From the human T2T-CHM13v2.0 reference genome, Homo sapiens, in the NCBI RefSeq assembly GCF_009914755.1, contig NC_060936.1: a stretch of 64,000 nt of DNA, one strand, 5' to 3'. Every line of letters begins with the position of its first letter. Position 1 is the first letter of the stretch. A program made the translations under genes and the position numbers. Shown here piece after piece: positions 54,498-64,000 of this stretch. Below the pieces are notes generated by a model. That model did not search any database and was not told the DNA's origin. It saw nothing but the letters and a program-made list of their open reading frames with translations.

Positions 54498-56394
54498 GTG
54501 CTTCTGATGTCTTTCCTAAATATCTCTTGCTACAAGATATCCCCTTCTATTTTGCCTTCAGTGGAAATGAAAACAATCTACCGTCTGAAGACAGCAGGAA
54601 ATACTTTTCACTCGACCCTCAGCTGCTTTATCTACCCTGTGATGGAAAGCCACAAGGCATTTTAATTTTCCTGTTATCTCTTAAACTTCTCAGCATGTTT
54701 TCTGTGGAAGATTCAGCACTTTGAAGTTTTCCATATATTCTTTTTGGAAGCTCGCATTTCTATTCAGTGCTCCTAACACTCCTCTGGGTTTGTGACATGA
54801 GCTCTGCTTTGAAATCTGACTGCATTTCCTGGCCCCTGGCCTCTTCTCCAGCTCATCCTTGGTTTATAGAGTTTAGCAATGGTTGCTAGGCAGTCGGCCA
54901 TCTCCCTTTTCAGCACCCACCAAGGCTGGACCCCTTAGTCCTTTGTCAGATGGTTGTGAATTAGGAAGTTATTCCTCAAGATTTAGCTGCTTTTTGTGGC
55001 TGCTGGGCCTGCTCAGGTACCACCATGCCTTTGTCTGTGTTGTCGTCACTGGATAAGCCCTCCTTTTCCTATGCCAACCTCAATCACACCCATCTGACAT
55101 GTAGCTCAAGACCATGTAACTGTGGCCCTGAGTAATCTCTATGTCCTCTGAATTCCTCATTATACCCTATAGTCTATCATGGAATAATTCAGTATATTAG
55201 ACTAATGTTGTACTCATGATAGTGGGGGCAAGGACAGGAAATAGGCTTCCCTTCTTGGGGCAATTCTGAATGATCAGCAGGGATTGCATGCAATGCTGTG
55301 ATGAGAAGTTTTCTGAGGCAGCATCCTAGTTCAGTGAGAATGTGCGTCATGACTGATTTACTGTATCTGCTTCAAGGACAAGCAGGGGCAAGGGCATACA
55401 TGTACCATGTATTTGCCATCTTTGTGTTTTGATCTTTCCAGCAAAATTACATGGATAGTACATAACACTTATCTTTTGGATCTTCGTATGTTAAGTACAA
55501 GCAGGTACTCAGTAAATATGTATTGACTGTCTACTTGGCATTTAAATGTTGGTGAGCACTGTCATTTAATGTCTTCAAGAGAATATGGCCCAGCAGAGTG
55601 ACAGCACAGTGCTTTGCCAAACTATTCTGTCCCCATGGAGTAAAGGAGTTCCTTATATAAGAAAGGAAATAGGCTGGGTGTTAAATGCATCTCACTAGTC
55701 TCTACTATAAGCATATGTGAACCACTCACTGACGCCATCATTCTTCTCCCAGATTTATTACAGTTGAATTTGTTTGCTAAGTTATTATTCCTTTGCCTAA
55801 ATTCAGAGCCAAGTTGTTTTAAGCCCAACTTATCCAAATAAAATGTCATAAGGCTGTGCTTCAAATGCTTAAATTGTCATCAATATAAACATACTATAAT
55901 TAGACAGTTCTCTCTGAACCATCCTTCTCTAGCAATGCTTTGCTTCAATTCTCCTACCTTCTCACTTTCTGCTTTCTTGTTTCCTTCTCTACTTCTAAGA
56001 AACTTCCACTTGCTCTTTTTCTGTCACTTAGCAACTCACTCCTAGCTCCTTCCTCTTCAATATTATCATCAATCCTGGAAAAATAATTATCAACACACAA
56101 TCCTGCTTCCAATCTCTCTTTAACATTTTCACAGACATAAGCAGCAATTGAGGGTGAAGCAGAACTGCCAACAGTTAGCAAGATGGCAGGAGATAAGAGT
56201 TAACTGTTGGCCAAATTCCCCAACTGAATGAACGAGTCAACATTATTGAGCTCATTCTGTGCACAATTCTGTATCGAGCATTTTCAGGGAAATGAAAGAA
56301 AATGAGAAGCTGACTTCTACCCTTAGGAAACTTAACAGCCTAACCAGAGCCATAGAAGAAGCAGCATAGTTACTTCAAGAATTGTTGATATCGG

Positions 56395-56726
<332 letters not shown>

Positions 56727-56739
56727 TCATTGCAGCCTA

Positions 56740-56960
56740 AAGTTTAGGAATCAGGCTCTGCTCTGGAATCAGACTGCCTGGCTTTGAAACCAACTGTGTC
56801 TGTCCCTGGCAAATTACTTAACCCTTTAGAGCCTCAGTTAGGAAACAGACATGATATTAGTGCCTACCTTATAAAGATATTGTGAGAACTAAATGAGATA
56901 ATGCAAGCAAAATACATAGTCTTACAATGCTATGTATACTCAATAAATATTATTATTAGT
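56740..56960 (+). mobile_element. MIR
   Basis: gctctggaatcagactgcctgg...ggcaaattacttaacc...gcctcagtt...tgtgagaactaaatgagataatgc...ctcaataaatattattatt. Confidence 0.8.
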
Positions 56961-57025
56961 AAACGAATTTTCATGGTAATCCAAATGACTGATTAGGACT
57001 TGTAAATCTATAGAGTCAGCTATTA

Positions 57026-57096
57026 TTAGTTTGGTGCAAAAGTAATTGTGGTTCTTGTCGTTCCTTTTAATGGCAATTACTGTTGCACCAACCTAA
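57026..57096. mobile_element. MADE1 (Hsmar1-derived mariner MITE)
   Basis: TA|TTAGTTTGGTGCAAAAGTAATTG...CAATTACTGTTGCACCAACCTAA|TA: inverted repeats with TA TSD; about 9 bp shorter than the 80-bp consensus. Confidence 0.92.
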
Positions 57097-57680
57097 TAGC
57101 AGCTAATGTTGATATTAGCCAACCAACTACAGGTGTGATCATCTGTCCCATGCTAGAAATTAGCAGGAATATGGCTGCCATCAACCACAGCTGAACATCT
57201 ATCTTAGGTTTGACTCTGAATTTATTCAGAACCCATACTTCCATAGGATACCCCGGCACATTTAAAAGTAAAGCTCAAGATTAGGTACTCGGTCATCATC
57301 ATTTCTGTAGTCCTCCTTTGTTCTCACTCTGGGGAGAACTCAGAGGTCCTTTAAATGAAGCACCTGGGTGCCCAAATGAGGGGATTTGTTCCTGGATCTG
57401 ACTTGGAGGATTGGCTCAGCCAGGGGCACTCCTGGATGGAATGTGTGAGCTTGCATGATTGTAATTCCCTGGAATGACAGAATTTGTATCTCACTCTCTC
57501 TTTCTCTGAATATAAGAAATCTAGGTGGTATCTCCACATTTTTAAGCAAATGGAAGTTGTGAAGCTGCCAAGTAACCCTCAAAGCTCTCTCTCCTTGAAA
57601 GGATGTGGTGCACCAAAGGGAAAGAAGGAATTAGTCAGAAACCACAAAGCAATTAATGGCCGAATCAACCCTAATGAAAT

Positions 57681-57697
57681 ATTGCTGAGTAAGCAAT
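57681..57697. promoter_or_regulatory. Near-palindromic Maf recognition element ATTGCTGAGTAAGCAAT
   Basis: One mismatch to the T-MARE TGCTGA(G/C)TCAGCA, with AT-rich symmetric flanks. Confidence 0.35.
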
Positions 57698-57804
57698 CCA
57701 CTCCATTGTAGGTCAGTTGGGATGTCCACAGAAGAATGCACACTGCAGTTTCCTTGGTTGGCCAGAATGAATCAAAACCCAGCACCCCCATTTGCTGTGT
57801 GTCT

Positions 57805-57806
<2 letters not shown>

Positions 57807-57873
<67 letters not shown>

Positions 57874-57886
57874 GGAGAGAGAGAGA
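57807..57886. repeat. Compound (GT)22-(GA)n microsatellite
   Basis: Seen directly. Confidence 0.97.
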
Positions 57887-60679
57887 AAATGAGTTTTTCA
57901 TTTGCATATGTGAAATTGATTTTTCTCTAGTGGGGAAAACACTGTGTAAAATCTTAGAATAACTAGCAAAGGAGACTGTATCATCGTACTAAGAAAGAAA
58001 AGTCTAGAAAAATATTTGCTATCTGTAATGACTGGTTTAAACATCTGCCTGAATGAAGACAAAGAGTCAGACAAAAATACTCCCTTTAGCTGGGAGACTC
58101 TGACTCCCTACTGCCCCATGCAAGGAATCTACTTGCAGGACCCCTTGGAATTGTCAGAGTCTCTTCCAGCAAAGTCTTATCCCTCCCTCTAGGCAGAAGA
58201 GACTGCCTGAGCAAGGGAAGATGCAAGAAAGCACATGCTACAGGAATGTGAGTCTTACTGCAGGCAAATAGCATGGGAACCCCCAAACAGCAGGCTCTGA
58301 GGCTTGTCTTCTGCTTCCTAAGGGGCAGGCTCCCCATCTCCAGACCCCGCTCCTCCCACCCTTCACTGTCAGGGTTACCCTCAGGATAGCGTCCCCTCTG
58401 ATTTGTATTTGCTTGGTTCCGCCATGCACGATGCACTTCCTTGATTTTGACAACAGAGGCTTTGACTCATTCTAGCCTTGTGCGTGTGCACATGCATGCA
58501 TAAGCTGAGGAGACATATACACATTTCATTGGCATACCTTTTATGATGTTGTCACCAAGCCATATTGTCTCCAGTTGTCAGCTCCAACATCTCTGTTATG
58601 AAAAGCACACGTGGTAAGGCTGCCCTTCTATTTCGTACATTACTTATTCTTCAATGGGCCAGAATGGGGAATCTTGACTTCTTAACTTTCTCAACCACAA
58701 ACCCTGAAGTCTGCATATATTTACTAGGCGCTGTGACAAGAGCATTCAAGGAGGTTTTTTCCAGGGATGGAGATCAAGTGGCTTCCATTAATATCTATCA
58801 TCTTCTCACAGCATCTCAAAGCTGCTGAAGAGAGACCTGTTGTAGGATGTGTACTCAGAGTCCTCCCTGAGACTGCCTGTTGTGGGAAGGACTTCGCCAG
58901 GACCACGACACAAGTTTGTGACTTTTTCAATCAGGAAGCAGCTATGGATGATTCTAGTGAGTGACTTAATATTGCTGCTTTCAATGGGACCCTTGGCTTG
59001 CTAGTTGTATCGCTGTGTAGAGGAGAGCTGAATGCTATCCAAGCGGGGGCCCCTCCAGCTAGGTGGAGGTTATATTAGCTCAAAGCAACTACAAAGATAG
59101 AACATTCAGGAGCTTGCTAGTAATCGCCTATGGCTGAACTCCCAAGTTTGGGGTCAACACTGGCTACGATGGACTCATTTTCTGGTTATCATGATCCAGT
59201 GAAAAATTCATTCCTTCCTTTAACAATTGAAGATTGGAGAAAGTCGGATCAAAAAAGGCAGTGCAAAGAGGTGTAGACTGCTTCCAGGAATGTGTCAACC
59301 AATTCCTTTATCTAACAGACTTTTCTTTTCTGTGCTTACCAAGAAAAGAGGATCTCACTTTACCCCCATCCACACCCTAACTGGTGTAGGTCTCACTGTC
59401 CACACCAGAGCATCAGGCCTGAGGACTAGCCCCATTGCTCACAGTTATGAAACAATTATATTCTCCAGATGATTCTTGGGGGAAAATGCCAAGAGAAAAG
59501 AAATGGGGGGAAGGAGAATTTCTTAGGCAAGAATCTCGAATTTAAAAACTCCACATAAGATGTCTCCAATTTTCATAACTCCAAAAAGAAAATTTCAAGG
59601 AATTTAGATTATTTTGTCTGAATAACAGAAGGCCTGGGGGTAGAAGGATTAGAACTGAATCATGATCTTCAAGACTACAAAATACCTTTGTTCCCAAATA
59701 ATGGTCTTCTTTGGCAATGAAGGCTGAACATTCAGGAGGCTGGGGGCTGGAAGATTAGGAGGCATGCAGTATTTTGGTAGGAAGTCATATATTTGGTTTC
59801 TCTGTTAAGTTCGTGAAAGAAAATGAATGAATCTCTACAGTGGAAATGACTGGGTTGGGACCAAGTGAGCTGCACGGCTCCTATCTGCCCTGTGACTCTG
59901 ATATTTTCCATATGTGCCTCGATGGACAGACAGGTAATCAGGCCATTACAACAGTGGTGGGGAGTAATGGTAGCTCCTGCCCATGCCTGTGAGAGGCCCT
60001 CAGCCAGCTACAGGTATGGGAGATTTGGAGGAGAATGGTTCCCTTGGAGTACTCAGTAAGATGCAGCAGAGAGCATGGGGAAGAGCAGGGGAAGCCACAG
60101 ATGTGCAATCAAGGGGACAAGAGAGCATCTCCCTTCCTCAAGAATATTCTTGCAGCTCCACGTGGCAGGGCCTGGGGAAATGAAGGCAGTGGAGAGACAA
60201 GAGGCTGGACAGTGAGCTGGTCCTGGTGGCGCAGGACTGGAGCCCACTCTGAAGCCACTAGCTCTATTCTAGGGACGGTGGGAAACCCCCTAAGAGCAAA
60301 CTCAAATAAACCTGGGCCTGCGCATGACCTCCCACACCCAGCAGGGAATTCTGGTCACTCTTCCCACCTGGTTAGAACTTAGGAGCTGGGTGGGTGGCTG
60401 GGGGAGGATGCAAGGTCTGATTTTTGCCGTACAGCACCCAGAAAACTCTCTTACAGTCCTCTGAAGACCTTTTCTCCCCAAATTCCACTCATTCTGAAGG
60501 GCTGAGTATCTGCTGTGTCATAATTTCCCTGTCACAGAAGAGTTGTAAGTAGAGAATGAGATTTACATTCTAAGGACTATTCTGATGTCAGTCCTGAAAG
60601 GGGCCAAAGGGAACTGTCAGAAACAAATGAGGAATTAGAAGGACATAGAACACCGTTCCCTATGGGTAAGAGATTCCGG

Positions 60680-60790
60680 ATCATGGCAGCAGAAAGAATT
60701 ATTTTTTTCTGATATGAAAAATGAAGACACTGAAGCCCAGAGAAGGCAATGACTAGCTAGACTTTCACTGCTTGTGTTGGCCCAGTATGT
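60680..60790 (-). mobile_element. MIR fragment
   Basis: aaaatgaagacactgaagcccagagaaggcaatgactagc. Confidence 0.5.
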
Positions 60791-61008
60791 GGGAGTGAGG
60801 GTGTGGAGCAAGGGAGACAGAAGCTCATTGGCTAGAGTGACCCCACGGCATCCTTTGCATTGGACAGAAATATAATTCCTGTTAAAAAAAAAAAAGTGGT
60901 TTTTTTTTTTTCCTTTAGATTCTGGGGTCTGCGTTAAACCCCAGAACAATTTACCTTGTTCTTCCCAGAAGCCTCGTTCAGCAAGAGGAGGGAGGCCGAA
61001 GGCGCTGA

Positions 61009-61026
61009 CCACTAGAGGGGGCGCTG
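61009..61026 (+). promoter_or_regulatory. Candidate CTCF site CCACTAGAGGGGGCGCTG, with nearby GC box
   Basis: Close to CCASYAGRKGGCRS; local CpG retention; GGGGCGGGG at 61055-61063. Confidence 0.5.
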
Positions 61027-62744
61027 CCTCCACCTGGCACAGACCACGGGGTCGGGGGCGGGGAGGAGGACAGCCACTAGGTGAAAGGCAGGGTCGCAAT
61101 GGGTTGCACTGAAGTGTTGCTCTATCAAAGGCTTTCTGAACACAAGACATAACAAACCTTAAACTCTGTGTTTATGCCCAGGGATGGGAAGGGGACGTGG
61201 GAAAGAAAGACAATATGGAAACTCAGATACCTCTGGAAGAACTGCAAGTAAAGGCAGGGTGCTCCTCAGAGGTTCCTCAGAATCCCCAGTGCTTGTTTTG
61301 GACAGGAAACGCTGAAGGAAGAGCATGCAGTTAATCTTTTGATGAAGCGTTTTAGAACAAGTGCATTCAGATCAGATCTGATGTAGAGCCAGCTCTGCAG
61401 GACAGCTCCCTGTGTCCTGACAGGGGATGCTGGTTATCCTTTATCCACCGGGTTAGAGCGTAGTAGCTAAGCAGAACGTTCTGAAGGTTGTACCTTTTCC
61501 CGCTCTGCATAGCTGAGTGTGAGCAGGGAGAGACCATGTTCAGAGATGTCGCTAGAGGCTTGCTGGTAGGAGGAGGAATGGCAGCAGGGGTGAGTTCCGG
61601 CTGGTGCTCCCTGCTCCATTGTGGGGTATTGTGGGCTCTGTGGGGTCACAAGGTCTCACTCCTGGCTGGACTCACTCCTGGGAGGTGGCTGAGCTGATGC
61701 AGTGGTGTTCAGGATGGCAGCTGCTACCTTGCCTGGTCTCTTAGCCAGGTTATTAGTAGACTGCTAGCCTCTGTTTACCAGGAAGCAAAAGTGTCCCTCT
61801 TATTCCTGAGACTACTTCTAAGTTACATCTCAATGAAAAAATAACAAGAAACAAAATAAATGGGTCTCACTCCCACTGCAAACTACCCTCACCACAAACT
61901 ATCCCCACTCTTAATTAGAGAGAAAATATGGTGGGGGCATAGGAACTGGAGTCCCATTATGCCTCCGCTCGGTGCTCACATGGCGATGCATGCCTCCCGT
62001 CTCTGGATTTCGGAGGCTCCCTGCACACAGCCAGGGTGTCTGAGGGAGTTCAGGGTCCTCTTGCTGCAACACAGAGCCCGTGGGATTGCTTTTGTGCGTC
62101 ACAGGGAAAAGAGCCCTTTCTGTTGACAGACCCAGCCGTCCTGCCCATGATGAATTGCATCTCTACGAGGGGACTGCTGTTGTGGTTTTCCCTTCTCTCG
62201 GAAGGTTCATCCCCAGGTCTCGTGGCACTTTAGAAAATGAACTGCTATAATTCCACGCTGAGCGCACAGCCCTCCACAACCAGGCCTCTTCACTCTAATA
62301 TGGCTGCTGGTTTTGTCACTCAGGAGGCCAGCAGCTGGTAGCCTTGGTGGCTCCTCCCCATCAAGGGAGGCGCAGAAGCAAGGGAGGCGTTCCTGCTGGC
62401 TGCCTCTTAAAGAAGGACTGCGGATGCTGATATTCCAGGGAGCCAGGAGGAACTGCAAGCCCGAGGGAGTGTGGAGGGGGGCGGAGCCTGCTGCAGTCAC
62501 AGAGGGACACAGCAAGACCTAGGTCTGCTCCTGGAGCAGTACTTCCTCACTGGGTGCCTGAACTCAATGCTATTTATTTTAGTTTTGGTGATCCAATATC
62601 TCCAACTTTCTAGAACAGTTTGTCTCTGCCTCTCTCAAACCCACCAGATCATCCCCTGCTCTGAAAATAGAAAAAGATGGTCCCTATGGCTGTAGGAGAT
62701 TCATAATTTATCACTTCATGCTAATTCAATTTTATAACCATACA

Positions 62745-63248
62745 TATGGTTTTCAGGTTATCTATGGCTGTGTGAAAACTTTAAAACTTAATGGATTTAA
62801 AACTATAGCCAGTCTTTATGAGTCCTTTGTGGGTGAAGACATTGAGCAGGAATTGGCTGGTCAATTGTTCTGCTCCATGTGGCATTGGCTGGGGTCATTC
62901 AGTGGCGTTCAGCTGGCAGCTGGACTGGCCTGGAGCATCTGACGGCTTCACTCATTCACCTGGGGCCTTGGTGGGACAGCTGGACTGCTGGGCTCACCTG
63001 GTCCTTCTGCCTCTCTTTGAGCCCCAAAGTGTCTCTCTAGCAGTGTAGTTGGATCTTTCACAGGGCAGCTCAGGGCCTGAAGACCAAGGCAGGACCTGCC
63101 AGTCCCCAAAGTAGCATAGCATCACTTCCACCACGCTCTACTGGTCAAAGTAGCCACAGGCCACCTCAACTCAGAGAAGGGGAAATAGAGGCCATTGCTC
63201 AATAGCAGGAGTGTCCTATAATTTGAAGCCATCTTTAATCTGCCACCA
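62745..63248 (-). mobile_element. MLT1H-type MaLR LTR
   Basis: ttctgctccatgtggcattggctggggtca...ggcttcactcattcacctgg...catcacttccaccacgctctactggtcaaagtagccacagg...gccatctttaatctgccacca. Confidence 0.8.
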
Positions 63249-64000
63249 AAGTCCATTTATTGATGGAAATGATTTATCTCTATAGACAAGGGGTGTTCTT
63301 TTTCTTCCAGGCACACTCCTAACACTCCTAACAGAAAACTTTTCTTCAGTCCTGATGCGTGGGGGCCAATTCATCAGGAAGTTTTCCAAACCGTTTGAGG
63401 AGGTGTGGGTTATGCAGTGATCAGGGTATACACAAAACAAAACAACATTGCCTTTAATACACATCAGAATTGACAGTAATTCTTCTATGTTTTTCCCCTA
63501 CCTGGGTCATCCAGATGACCTTATCTCAGGTTACAAGTTGAATTTGGTAATAATAAATGGTTGCTTTGTATATCTAGTATGTAGAATTAATTCCCCTTTG
63601 TAGAGTTCCATATGGCCTGGCCACTGACCCAAGAGGATCATACTTTTTCAAAGACAGGATTCTCTAGTTTTCCTTTTAACTCTCTCAGTGAATGTTGACT
63701 GAGCATACACTACATGATGGTTATGGTGTGTGATTTTCTTTACACACACTTATTCTGTTATCTTTCAGGGCTTTGAGTGACCTTTGGTTCCCTGTAGGTA
63801 AACCCAGGATATCAGTGCAGATAGAGAACATACCAGGGCAGAACCCTAGGCCCTAGACTGTAGGAACTGTTTGGCAAAAATGTGAATCTCAGCAGCTGAA
63901 CTACCCTGGCAGATGGCAAGAGGAGATTCTGTCTCATAATTCAAGCACCAGAAAGTACTACTCTTTAGACCAGATGCACCTAGAGAAAGTTTCTGACAGG

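Noticed and set aside
63769-63797. Possible 29-nt micro-exon (TCTTTCAG|...TAG|GTAAAC)
   Set aside because: Weak donor, frame-shifting length and no supporting neighbouring exons.

Overview
Primate genomic DNA, most likely human (AluJ, AluS and AluY are all present), from a non-coding intergenic or deep intronic region. I recognise no protein-coding exon, RNA gene or promoter-type CpG island, and I could not identify the locus. The supplied ORFs are chance frames or translated repeats (Alu, L1 ORF2 remnants, LTRs). A large share of the window is interspersed repeat: about 12 Alus or monomers, L1P/L1M fragments, L2/MIR, LTRs (MER61-like, MSTA, MLT1, MLT2A2, ERVL/MaLR internal remnants) and DNA transposons (Zaphod, MER44A, MER5A, MADE1). 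Repeat family names come from my recollection of consensus sequences, not from alignments, and boundaries of old elements are approximate. The most striking structure is a homogeneous 14 x 26-bp, CpG-rich minisatellite that grew inside an MSTA LTR. It multimerises the LTR's DUX4-type / K50-homeodomain motif (TAATCC[A/G]ATCA). Other notable items are a perfect 56-bp tandem duplication of an ETS/PU.1 module, a MER61-type p53 element, two nuclear-receptor DR0 sites 1.1 kb apart, several enhancer-like motif clusters, a likely CTCF site and several deletion scars recorded in repeats. I find no evidence for a novel multi-gene system. The candidates are regulatory or structural and need population and chromatin data.
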